A DNA stretch of 53,279 bases from Bacillales bacterium (GTDB lineage Bacteria; Bacillota; Bacilli; JARBTR01), in assembly GCA_031554275.1 (NCBI GenBank), contig JAVBKB010000023.1, positions 1 through 53,279 on the forward strand, given 5' to 3'. The first letter of the stretch is position 1. The number at the start of each line of letters is the position of its first letter. Under the pieces are notes generated by a model, which saw nothing but the letters and a program-made list of their open reading frames with translations, had not been told where the DNA came from and did not search any database. Shown piece after piece: positions 21,547 through 31,085 of this stretch. Both the position numbers and the translations under genes were made by a program.

Positions 21547-21759
21547 TGATCCGTACCTTCTCTAAGTAGAAAATTTTGGGTGTTTCGAAATACACTGCCT
21601 AATGCATTTTTGATCAGCTAAGGAAGCACTTATAGTTTCGTCAAAAAATCTTCATAATTTTCGGTCTACCTGTCGGAAAAATTTTGAATTCCATTTTCCC
21701 CCGAAAATTAATCAATGCTTCCCTGAACTCTCAGCATATTTTATCATATCAATGAAAAA

Positions 21760-22215
21760 TCACTTCTTAGCTTGTAGTTCCTCGAAATATTCGAATAAAT
21801 GGTCACAGTCCTGTCTTTTTTCAACATTTATCATCTCAAGACAGCTGGTATCCTTGCCTGTTAGATAGTCGCGTAGGTGCTGATCGGAAAATCCATGCAC
21901 ATGTGCATCTTGATGCGTATTACAGTAGTATACCTTCTTAATTCCTGTCCAAATGATGACTGATACACACATTGGGCAAGGTTCGCAAGTCGCATAGATC
22001 TCACAATCGGATAGATCAAAAGTCCCTAACTTTTTGCAAGCCTCACGGATAGCAACTAACTCAGCATGCGCTGATGGATCTGTATCCCTTATCATCGTGT
22101 TGCTAATCGCAACTACAACTTCGCCATTTCGAACGATAGTCGCACCAAATGGTCCCCCAATTCCGTTTTCCATTCCACTAATAGTCGCGTCTACTGCTAA
22201 TTTCATGTAATCCAT
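21760..22215 (-). CDS. guaD: Guanine deaminase-like nucleobase deaminase (CDA fold)
   Basis: GGPFGA, DPSAHAE and CEPCPMC Zn-binding motifs of the B. subtilis GuaD type. Confidence 0.8.
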   Translation of the reverse strand: MDYMKLAVDATISGMENGIGGPFGATIVRNGEVVVAISNTMIRDTDPSAHAELVAIREACKKLGTFDLSDCEIYATCEPCPMCVSVIIWTGIKKVYYCNTHQDAHVHGFSDQHLRDYLTGKDTSCLEMINVEKRQDCDHLFEYFEELQAKK

Positions 22216-22282
22216 GATTACTTCCTCCTGTCAAAATCTCTTGTCGTGTATCAATATTTCTTAATCCACTTTCTGAAATTCA

Positions 22283-22308
22283 GGGAGTAAGATTTGATTC
22301 TTACTCCC
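22283..22308. other. Intra-operon hairpin (stabiliser or weak terminator)
   Basis: GGGAGTAAGA-tttgat-TCTTACTCCC with no clear U tract on the minus strand. Confidence 0.5.
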
Positions 22309-22323
22309 GAACAGTTTTCATTT

Positions 22324-23865
22324 CTATTCTGTAACAGGACCGATATGGTCCTTCTTGTTGATGTAGAGTTTAATCGCTAAGAATCCTGCAATTAGTAGGT
22401 ATCCCCAAACGAAAGGCATACCAACAGATTGGGCAACACCGATTGTGCTAGTATGAATTACGCCAACAAAGGTTAACACAGCTGCAAGAACTGCTGCAAC
22501 TATGCCTCCGATAGGCGTGTTACGAAGTGTGAATATCAGTATACAACCCCAGATAACGCTAGTAATCGGGGCTCCATTACCTAGTGCAACCAAGCCATCA
22601 TAGTAAAGTCCAGCATTGTGCAGGGCTTCAGAAGAAACTTGATCAGCACCTGATCCCACCGCAACATTGGCTGCTGAAAGCGCATTGTTAACTTGAACAG
22701 TTGCCCAGTTAGCAACCCATGGGAAGAAACAAACAAAGATTGCTGGAACTTCAAATCGTGGTGATTCTTTAACTGCTTGATACCCTGTTACGATCGCGAT
22801 AAACACAAGCATCGGAACAATGGCTTCAATTGGAACAATAGCGAGCACCAAACCCATGAGGCTGAAAATCGATAGTAGGAAAATAGCTGCTGAGCTGGCA
22901 ATAGAATAGCCAATACCCGCACCAACCTCTTTCCACCCAGCATGACCTACATATACAGTCACTGGGAATGGGTTACCACAAAGGGCACCTAGTGTAGAGC
23001 AAAAACCGTTTGCGAGCATCACATCTCTGGTTTTGTATTCGTCACCACAAACAGCTGCTGCTTCAACGTTTTCTAGATTAAAGATGTAGTTCGATAATCC
23101 CAGCGGTACAGCTGCTAATAAGTACGGTAAAGCGGCGTCAATATGATCGAAAAGTCCGCTCAAATGCGGTGTTGGAGGATTGAACCCAAATGATTTTAGA
23201 GCTTCACTCACTGCAGCAGGCTCTTGATATCCCATCACCCAAGCAATGATTGTTCCAACTACAATCAATAATAGACCAGTAGGTATTTTCTTGAATATTG
23301 GATGCTTACTTAACCAGTTCATGAAAATGATGATAATGGCAACGAAAGCAACGATCGGCTTTTCAAAAGATTGAAGCATTGGGTTCATTCCCAAAAACAC
23401 GAATGACAGACCCGCTAGTGCTGCTAGTAAAACCGTTCTTGGCACGAACTTTCGCACAACATCTCCGAAAAATGCGCCTAAGAATAACATCGATGCCTCG
23501 AACAAACACCAGATTACACCAACAGTTACTGTGAAGGCAGCATCGTTTGTTTCGTGATAGAGCGGAAGCATAATCAAGAATATGATTAGAAATATACCAG
23601 GTGAACTGGAGCCTGACGGTAATGCAGTTACATCCTTTCTGCCGGTTTTTTTTGCTAACCTATACGCAAAGAAGGCAAAGATAAGACCAGAAACAAGTAC
23701 TGCTAATCCAAAGCCAGGAACAATTTGTTCGAAAATAAAATCCTTTGGCATACCAACAACAAAAATTAATAATGAGATCATAACCAAGAAATCTGTCAAT
23801 ACGTTAACGAACAAGCCAAAAGAAGCAGCAATGTCTCCTTTTCTCCATAAAGATATTTTTTCCAT
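22324..23865 (-). CDS. NCS2/AzgA-related xanthine/uracil permease
   Basis: About 13-14 TM segments; W.KGD.A.FGL, VTALPSG, NVEAA...GD.Y and VYVGHAGWK motifs. Start ATG 23865 after GGAGG. Confidence 0.8.
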   Translation of the reverse strand: MEKISLWRKGDIAASFGLFVNVLTDFLVMISLLIFVVGMPKDFIFEQIVPGFGLAVLVSGLIFAFFAYRLAKKTGRKDVTALPSGSSSPGIFLIIFLIMLPLYHETNDAAFTVTVGVIWCLFEASMLFLGAFFGDVVRKFVPRTVLLAALAGLSFVFLGMNPMLQSFEKPIVAFVAIIIIFMNWLSKHPIFKKIPTGLLLIVVGTIIAWVMGYQEPAAVSEALKSFGFNPPTPHLSGLFDHIDAALPYLLAAVPLGLSNYIFNLENVEAAAVCGDEYKTRDVMLANGFCSTLGALCGNPFPVTVYVGHAGWKEVGAGIGYSIASSAAIFLLSIFSLMGLVLAIVPIEAIVPMLVFIAIVTGYQAVKESPRFEVPAIFVCFFPWVANWATVQVNNALSAANVAVGSGADQVSSEALHNAGLYYDGLVALGNGAPITSVIWGCILIFTLRNTPIGGIVAAVLAAVLTFVGVIHTSTIGVAQSVGMPFVWGYLLIAGFLAIKLYINKKDHIGPVTE

Positions 23866-24165
23866 ATAGAATCCTCCGTAAATTGGTTTGGTTGAAGCTA
23901 TTGTCATAAACAAAAAAGTATTTCTTCCACCTAGTGAAAAGCAAAAATCTCGATTGCTCCATCTAGAATCCTTACATCACAGACCATCTCTCCGATCTTT
24001 TTTGGGTTGAAAATCACACGGATCAAATTATCTGATTCCCCATAAAATTCCCTTAAACTCGAGTTTTATTCTTACAATAATCAATAACGTTATTAATACC
24101 GTCTCAGTATAAGTGAAGTGAACATTTTTGTATTCGTTTAAAAAAACTAAATTTCTAGCGCATTT

Positions 24166-24182
24166 TTATGCAATTTGCACAA
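24166..24182. promoter_or_regulatory. Candidate PucR-family operator
   Basis: TTATGC-N5-GCACAA 17-bp dyad in the divergent spacer, upstream of a minus-strand TATACT -10 (24106-24111). Its geometry resembles operators of PucR-family activators such as PutR. Confidence 0.5.
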
Positions 24183-24414
24183 TCTAGAGAACCCCATTCA
24201 CTCCAATATTTTCTTTAAATATCTTATGAAATGAGACTTTCAAACAAAATTTGATTTCTCTTCAGGAAAGTGATAGAGATTTTGATCAGATTATGTTTCA
24301 ATTAACTAAACGGGGATGAAATTTGATTGAATCCCAACTGCGCTGCATGAAAACATGATGAAATTTATAGAAAGGGGATATTGAAACATTTGCGTTCAAT
24401 ATATAAGTGGGGAA

Positions 24415-26115
24415 ATGATAACGATTCGCGAGCTACTTCAAATGAAAACAATAAGCGGAATTAAGCTGATTGCTGGGAAAAACGGTATCGACAACAAGAT
24501 TTCCATTGTGAATATTCTGGAGAATCCTGATTTTTTTGATTGGCTTTCTTCAAATGAACTCCTATTATCAACAGGATACATTTTCAAGCAAGCAAATACT
24601 GACCTGAATAATATTTTCAAGGAACTATCACAAAATAACTGTTCGGGACTCTGTATTAAATCGAAGCGATATTTTGATAAGCTACCAAGTAGTATGCTCG
24701 AATTAGCAAATCACTACAATATCCCGTTATTAGAACTTCCTTATGGCTATTCCCTTTCAGCAATCATTAATATTATCAACGAAAAAACCTCATCTGATTA
24801 TGATTCATTGAATCGACAAACGATAGATTTACACAATAGTCTGTTCAAAATTGCGCTTGATGATGGTGGTGTGGAGAAAATATCGTTAGAATTAGCAAAT
24901 ACATTTCACAATCCAGTCATTATCCTAGATAACAACTGGAATCTCTTGCATTTTACAGAGATCGATGAAAACCCCTACCCACTTAGCGAGTATCTACTGC
25001 TTGCTAAAGATAGCCCTGTGCTTTCAGAGGAATTCATTTCTTCACTTCCGAAGAATGTGAATTCTATTCAGAAATCGATTACGCGTATCTTCCATGTAAA
25101 GGATCTTGAAGTCATCTGCAAAATCAGACCAGTTGTTGCCGCAAAGCAACTCTATGGATTTATAGTGGTTTGGCAAACATTAAGAGAGTTAACTGAAATC
25201 GACTATATCGCATTAGAACAAGCTGCGACAATTCTAGCGCTTGAGCGGGTGAAAGCAAGAGAAATTGATGCAGTAAAGCTAAACAAAAGAAGAAATTTCT
25301 TTGATGATCTACTTGCTGGAATAGTGTTGGCTGAAGATAGTCTGCTGAACTCATGCCTAATGCATGGCATCAAACCGGAAAAAAGCTATTACTGCATGAT
25401 TGTCAGCATTGAAAATGGTTTTGATAGCAATTCTGATAGCCTGATTGAAAATTACGAAGAAATGACCACAATGAACAAATACATTGATACAATACAGAAG
25501 ACAGCGAACCAAGCTCAGAAAAGGGCGACCTGTTTCAACCGAAGTAATCGGATAATTGTATTGATTGAAGCTGAGAAAATGAGCATCTGTGCTGCGACAA
25601 GTGAATCGAAATCATTCGCTAGGCTAGTGTTAGAAGCGATTCGCCGCGATCATCCGAACGTTAAACCCCATTTTGGTATCGGGAGACAGCGACAATTTAT
25701 CACATCGATTCATAAAAGCTTTTCTGAAGCCATAGAAACTCTTAAACTGATGTATCAATTACAAATGGATAATATCATCTCACATTTTGAGGACCTCTCT
25801 GTATTTCACTTGCTCCAATCTAATATAAAGCCAATTGCAATGGAGAACTTTTTGAAAAAATATTTAAGTAGCATTTATGACCATGACCAAAGCTATGGCA
25901 CAAATTTAATAAACACCTTAGAAAACTACTTTTTGTTCAATCAAAACATTAGTGCCGCTGCCAAAGCAATGTTTGTTCATCGTAACACTTTTATTTATCG
26001 GATTGAGAAAATCAAAGAACTACTTTGCTCTGACTTAAAAAACTCAGAAGAATTGCTGCAAATTCAAATATCGTTGAAAATGGACAGATTGTTAAAGAAT
26101 CGAGGATCGCAATGA
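24415..26115 (+). CDS. PucR-family transcriptional regulator
   Basis: N-terminal PucR ligand domain (LIAGKNG...ELLLSTG) and C-terminal HTH (AAAKAMFVHRNTFIYRIEKI). Confidence 0.93.
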   Translation: MITIRELLQMKTISGIKLIAGKNGIDNKISIVNILENPDFFDWLSSNELLLSTGYIFKQANTDLNNIFKELSQNNCSGLCIKSKRYFDKLPSSMLELANHYNIPLLELPYGYSLSAIINIINEKTSSDYDSLNRQTIDLHNSLFKIALDDGGVEKISLELANTFHNPVIILDNNWNLLHFTEIDENPYPLSEYLLLAKDSPVLSEEFISSLPKNVNSIQKSITRIFHVKDLEVICKIRPVVAAKQLYGFIVVWQTLRELTEIDYIALEQAATILALERVKAREIDAVKLNKRRNFFDDLLAGIVLAEDSLLNSCLMHGIKPEKSYYCMIVSIENGFDSNSDSLIENYEEMTTMNKYIDTIQKTANQAQKRATCFNRSNRIIVLIEAEKMSICAATSESKSFARLVLEAIRRDHPNVKPHFGIGRQRQFITSIHKSFSEAIETLKLMYQLQMDNIISHFEDLSVFHLLQSNIKPIAMENFLKKYLSSIYDHDQSYGTNLINTLENYFLFNQNISAAAKAMFVHRNTFIYRIEKIKELLCSDLKNSEELLQIQISLKMDRLLKNRGSQ

Positions 26116-26981
26116 AAGAAACGATTATTTACAAAACATCACCACAATATTCTATTAAAGCAGACTTCCACGATTGCGGTGTGCAGAATGCGCCAGTTAT
26201 TGTTTATATCCACGGCGGAGGACTCATTTGGGGCTCACGTAATGATCTAGCAAATGCGGTTATAGAGTTATATCTTCGAAATGGATTCTCAATATTTTCT
26301 ATTGATTATCGATTAGCCCCGATTTCACTGCTTCCTGAGATCTTGGAGGATATTAAAGATGCGCTATTATGGATACAGAATGAAGCATCGAATAATTTCT
26401 CAATTAATCCTGATAAAATTGCAGTAATAGGTGCTTCAGCTGGAGGTTTCCTTGCTTTGAGTACGGGTCTTTTCATAAACAAACCACAAGCCATTGTTTC
26501 TTTCTATGGTTACGGAGATATAAGCGCACCTTGGGCTACAGCACCAAGTTCGTTCTATTTACAAAAAACAGCCATTTCATTAGCAATGAAGGAAGACTTA
26601 GTCTCAAAAGACGTCAATACTGAAGCAAAGATCCAAGATCGTTTTCTTGTTTATCTATCTGGAAGACAAACTGGAGAATGGGTGCAGGATGTAACTGGAT
26701 TACATCCACACTACGACAAAGAGGCCTTAAAGAAGATCAGTCCTCTTTATCAAGTAGACGAATCATTTCCAGCTACTCTTTTACTACATGGAACAAGAGA
26801 TAATGATGTACCCTATGAACAATCAGTCATTATGAAAGAGAAATTGGCTGAACTTAAAGTAAACGCAACCCTTTTCACAATTCCTGAAGGAGATCATGTA
26901 TTTGATAGCGAATTCCACAAACCTATTGTTCAAGAAGCATTTCAGGAAGTAATCTCTTTTCTTAAAGAACAGCTCAGTTAA
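26112..26981 (+). CDS. Alpha/beta hydrolase (HSL/arylformamidase-like)
   Basis: HGGG, IDYRLAP, GASAGG nucleophile elbow, HGTRDNDVP and GDH motifs; ATGA overlap with the regulator. Confidence 0.88.
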   Translation: MKETIIYKTSPQYSIKADFHDCGVQNAPVIVYIHGGGLIWGSRNDLANAVIELYLRNGFSIFSIDYRLAPISLLPEILEDIKDALLWIQNEASNNFSINPDKIAVIGASAGGFLALSTGLFINKPQAIVSFYGYGDISAPWATAPSSFYLQKTAISLAMKEDLVSKDVNTEAKIQDRFLVYLSGRQTGEWVQDVTGLHPHYDKEALKKISPLYQVDESFPATLLLHGTRDNDVPYEQSVIMKEKLAELKVNATLFTIPEGDHVFDSEFHKPIVQEAFQEVISFLKEQLS

Positions 26982-27124
26982 CAACTGAATGTGCTGGCCA
27001 GAAGCAAATGTGCTTGCTTCAAAATGTAACGATAACACGATTGTTCTATAATTCCATGTTGGATTTTGATATTTGTACCTATGTAATCCTAATTGTCCTC
27101 GTTTTCCGAAAAATTAAGCTTGCG

Positions 27125-27955
27125 CTATCCTGATGTTTTTAAACCATAGTAGATCCCACATAGCAAGTCAATTCCAGATGTTGAACCGTGTTCTAGGAAG
27201 CGGACCAAATTGTTAGCATCGCATCCCTTTTCAAAGAAGTCTTTCACAAATTCAGGAACTAGATCGTGATAGGTTACATAATGGAGCATCCAACTACTTA
27301 CTTCTGTTGTTTGGTCCTTGTATCTTTCGATATAGCGAGTCAATTCCAATATGTTTGCGCTATTCATGAAAATAAGCACGCAATATAATCCCAAGATAAA
27401 GTCGTCTGAGGACGGCGTTAGTCCTCTTCCGAATCCTAGAATACTCGGTGTTGATTCTAGATCCCCATTTTCAAGACCTGCTACAAAGGCTGCCATCCGC
27501 TCCACAAAGAACGCGTGGACATCTGAATGATTTTTGTCATCTGTACCACTGAACCCGAGGCGACTCAGTTGGACAAGATACGGGAAAAACGAATCTTCAT
27601 TCCCGTTTTCAAGCAGAAATTCTCGGATCCCATCTAGATCTTTCACAACGCTTCCTGTTTGCATGGGGTACAGTCGTAAATCTACTACCTCAGTGCCAGA
27701 ATCAACAATTAGATCAGCATCTGCACTTTCTGATAACAACAGCAGTTCTTTCGATCCCGAGATCAAATCATTTATCTCCCCATCGATCACTATGCTCATT
27801 GGGAGCAAATGCTTATTTTTATTCAAAATTGTTACAAATTCTTCGAATCCAAATGTACAAATCGAGCTATTAAACCTAGCATGAACACTGAGCTCAATTT
27901 GGCCATGATTTGTTAACAGCGAATAAATTCTTTGGTCAATTCTCGAAATTCTCAC
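27125..27955 (-). CDS. DUF2877 protein (YlbF/YahE, AllH-like)
   Basis: GFGRGLTPSSDDFILG and HGSTSGIDLLCG motifs. Start probably GTG 27955 after AAGGGA; the ORF extends to ATG 27988. Confidence 0.85.
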   Translation of the reverse strand: MRISRIDQRIYSLLTNHGQIELSVHARFNSSICTFGFEEFVTILNKNKHLLPMSIVIDGEINDLISGSKELLLLSESADADLIVDSGTEVVDLRLYPMQTGSVVKDLDGIREFLLENGNEDSFFPYLVQLSRLGFSGTDDKNHSDVHAFFVERMAAFVAGLENGDLESTPSILGFGRGLTPSSDDFILGLYCVLIFMNSANILELTRYIERYKDQTTEVSSWMLHYVTYHDLVPEFVKDFFEKGCDANNLVRFLEHGSTSGIDLLCGIYYGLKTSG

Positions 27956-28014
27956 TACACTAATCCCTTCAATCTTACTTGCCTGCATTCTACTAGAGTT
28001 ATTTTCATTTTACT

Positions 28015-28057
28015 AAAAAAAGTGGAGTAGAGCCACTACATGATGGTCTACTCCACT
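28015..28057 (-). terminator. Terminator after lactate permease
   Basis: AGTGGAGTAGA...TCTACTCCACT stem with an A7 run on + (U tract on minus). Confidence 0.75.
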
Positions 28058-28084
28058 ATTCTTAGCTTGCTGTTAATTATATCC

Positions 28085-29770
28085 CTACGGAATCATAAAT
28101 TGGAAAATTGTTGCCTGTAGGAATGTAATACAACAGATAATGAATAACAATATGAAACTATGTTTTAACGTAAACCTGATCAAATCAGATTCTTTCCCTG
28201 CTAAACCAACCGCTGCACATGCGACTGCGATTGATTGTGGTGAAATCATCTTGCCCGTTACACCACCTGAAGAGTTGGCAGCAAGTGCTAACACCGGATC
28301 CATGCCAACTTTTACTGCTGTAGCATGTTGTAGTGGACCGAACAATAAATTAGCAGACGTATCTGAACCTGTTACAAATACACCAAGCCAGCCAAGTACT
28401 GGTGAGAAGAACTTAAATGCTGCTCCTGTTGTTGCAAGTGCTGCACCAAGCGCCCCCATCATTGCTGCATTATTGGCAACAGATGAGAATGCTACTACTG
28501 CCATAATTGTCACAAGCGGGAATGCGATTTCTTTCAGTGTTTCTCCAAAAGTTTTCACAAAATCCGCCCATGAAATTTTCACGATAAATTTCGTAATGAT
28601 TGCTGCAATTAGAATTGCTGTTCCAGCTGCACCAAGAAATTGAATTTTGTATTGAAATATCACTGCTTTGCCATCAGGATTAAACAAGTCACCACTTACA
28701 AATGGAACATCAGAAATCCATGATAATGCTTTACCAATGCCATTGATGAAATGTAGAACTGTTCCTTCTGCAGCCTTTGACACGCCATTTAATGCCTCTT
28801 TAATGGCTGGAATCCCCCAAAGGGTTACCATAACAGTCAATGCAATGAATGGTGACCATGCTTTAATTACTGCACCTGTAGAGTGCTTTTCTCTATTTTC
28901 TTCTTGAGCCTCTTCATCCTTGAAACGATAAATTGATTTTGGCTTCCAAAATTTCAAGAAGATTGTTAAACAAACTATTGATACTAGAGCGGAAAGGATG
29001 TCCGGTAGCTCAGGTCCTAAGAAATTTGAAGTTAAGAATTGTGTTGCTGCAAATGCGACACCTGAAACAAGTATTGCTGGAAGAACTTCTTTCGTTTTCT
29101 TAAAACCAACCATAACCAAGATAATATACACTGGAACAAATACTGATAAGAAAGGTAACTGACGACCAACCATTGCAGAAATATCCGTAACACTTGCATC
29201 GGCAAAGTTAAAGTTGCCAAAAGACGTAATTGGGATACCAATTGCCCCGAATGCTACTGGCGCAGTGTTAGCAATCAAACAAAGTCCTGCTGCATAAAGC
29301 GGTTTAAATCCTAGACCAATTAGTAGTGCAGCAGAAATAGCTACTGGTGCGCCAAACCCGGCTGCCCCCTCCAAAAATGCGCCAAATGAGAAAGCGATCA
29401 GGATTGCCTGAAGTCTGCGGTCCTCAGTGATTGAAACAATAGAGCTACGAATAATCTTAAACTGACCTGTTTTTACTGTGATCTTGTACAAAAAAACGGA
29501 TGTGATAATGATCCAACCAATTGGAATCAGACCATAAAGTGCACCTTGTGAAGCCGTCATAACGGCCATCATCACTGGCATTTTGAAAAAGATAACTGCC
29601 AAAACCATTGTAAGCAATAAGGTGGTTAATCCCGCGATATATCCCTTCATTTTCTTAATTGCTAGTGCCCAAAAAAAGTAAAGAATCGGGATAATTGCGA
29701 CCAGTGCGGTCAACCATATACTATCCCCTACTACAGACGTGTTCTTGATAAATTCACCTGAAAAACTCAT
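28085..29770 (-). CDS. lutP: L-lactate/glycolate permease (LctP family)
   Basis: DRRLQAILIAFSFGAFLEGAAGFGAP, ANTAPVAFG, GSDTSAN and GKMISPQSIA motifs. Confidence 0.92.
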   Translation of the reverse strand: MSFSGEFIKNTSVVGDSIWLTALVAIIPILYFFWALAIKKMKGYIAGLTTLLLTMVLAVIFFKMPVMMAVMTASQGALYGLIPIGWIIITSVFLYKITVKTGQFKIIRSSIVSITEDRRLQAILIAFSFGAFLEGAAGFGAPVAISAALLIGLGFKPLYAAGLCLIANTAPVAFGAIGIPITSFGNFNFADASVTDISAMVGRQLPFLSVFVPVYIILVMVGFKKTKEVLPAILVSGVAFAATQFLTSNFLGPELPDILSALVSIVCLTIFLKFWKPKSIYRFKDEEAQEENREKHSTGAVIKAWSPFIALTVMVTLWGIPAIKEALNGVSKAAEGTVLHFINGIGKALSWISDVPFVSGDLFNPDGKAVIFQYKIQFLGAAGTAILIAAIITKFIVKISWADFVKTFGETLKEIAFPLVTIMAVVAFSSVANNAAMMGALGAALATTGAAFKFFSPVLGWLGVFVTGSDTSANLLFGPLQHATAVKVGMDPVLALAANSSGGVTGKMISPQSIAVACAAVGLAGKESDLIRFTLKHSFILLFIICCITFLQATIFQFMIP

Positions 29771-29822
29771 TTTATCCCCCCGGAAAAATTTTTGTCAATC
29801 ACAGGCAGTTTGCCTTAATTCA

Positions 29823-29851
29823 AGTATATTGATATTTTTCGACAAAATCAA
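29823..29851 (-). promoter_or_regulatory. Sigma-A promoter of lactate permease
   Basis: TTGATT-N17-TATACT on the minus strand. Confidence 0.55.
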
Positions 29852-30083
29852 AGGATTTGTCACAATTTATTCACTTTTTTTTTGGGGGAATGCGCTTTGG
29901 TGAGAATATTTTGAAGAAAATCTTAATAGTTGGTATTTGGTTTTTTGGAATTTGTATATTATTGGCGAAACGACTACTTTCCATGGTCAATTTTCGCATA
30001 TCGAGGCTCGGCAGTCTTGTTTTTTCCAGAATATTTTTATAGGTTGTTTCTAGTGGATCTGACTAATTGATTTTTTCCGATGC

Positions 30084-30953
30084 CTATTGCCCAATTGCTA
30101 ACAACATTTCTCTGAGCACTTTACAAGCTACTGCTGTTGAGACACCGCTAGCATCATAGTGAGGTGCTAGTTCAACTATATCCGCTGCAACGATGTTAGC
30201 ACCTTGCATTACCACAAATAATTGTTCCAGTTCTTTGTAGGTAATACCACCCGCTTCTGGTGTGCCGGTGCCAGAAAAAAGCGAAGGGTCAAGCACATCT
30301 AAATCGACAGTTACGTAAATCGGTTTGTCTTTCAATTGCTCCATGGTTTCTGCTAACCCGTCTAGATTGAACTTTTGTATTTTCACATGCCCATTACTAG
30401 CAAATTGAAATTCGTCTTTTGTCCCTGAACGAATGCCAAACTGATAGATACGCCCATCGCCAACTAAGTCATGGCAGCGTTTCAGTACTGTCGCGTGTGA
30501 CAGCTTATTTCCCTGATAATCATCACGTAAATCAGTATGTGCGTCTAAATGAATAACTACCAAATCAGGATACTTTTCGAAAGCTGCCTGCACCAACGGA
30601 TATGTCACAAGGTGCTCTCCACCAATTGCAAATGGTATGATATTATCTGTTAATACTTGACTCGAACAGCTGTAAATTGTTGCAAGTGCTTGTTCAACAT
30701 TGCCAAAGGGTAGATCAATGTCACCTAAATCATGTACTGGCAGATCTACAAGATCTGCATCTAGTAGTGGGCTGTAGCTTTCAATACCATAGAACTCGTT
30801 TCGAATCATTGCTGGCGCAAAACGAGTACCTGGGCGAAATGAGGTTGTCCCATCAAAAGGTAGACCAAAGACAGCGATTTTCGCGTCTTCATATGTGCAA
30901 TCAGTGAATCCAATAACGGGTTTGACTAGTTTAGAAAAAATTTGCGTTGTCAT
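30084..30953 (-). CDS. speB: Agmatinase
   Basis: GGEH, DAHTD and DLDVLDP...GTGTPE arginase-family motifs; follows speE. Confidence 0.95.
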   Translation of the reverse strand: MTTQIFSKLVKPVIGFTDCTYEDAKIAVFGLPFDGTTSFRPGTRFAPAMIRNEFYGIESYSPLLDADLVDLPVHDLGDIDLPFGNVEQALATIYSCSSQVLTDNIIPFAIGGEHLVTYPLVQAAFEKYPDLVVIHLDAHTDLRDDYQGNKLSHATVLKRCHDLVGDGRIYQFGIRSGTKDEFQFASNGHVKIQKFNLDGLAETMEQLKDKPIYVTVDLDVLDPSLFSGTGTPEAGGITYKELEQLFVVMQGANIVAADIVELAPHYDASGVSTAVACKVLREMLLAIGQ

Positions 30954-31085
30954 AATATCTCTCTTTTTATAATGCGAATTCCGCTTACTTTCTTAGGGCG
31001 GACAGCCTAATCTGATTACCTCAAAAATCTTGCGAAAGGGGCAATTTTATCTCACATTAAATCTGACTTGTCCCTACTACATTTT

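Noticed and set aside
23866-24100. Purine riboswitch upstream of the nucleobase permease
   Set aside because: The conserved aptamer core and terminator were not found.
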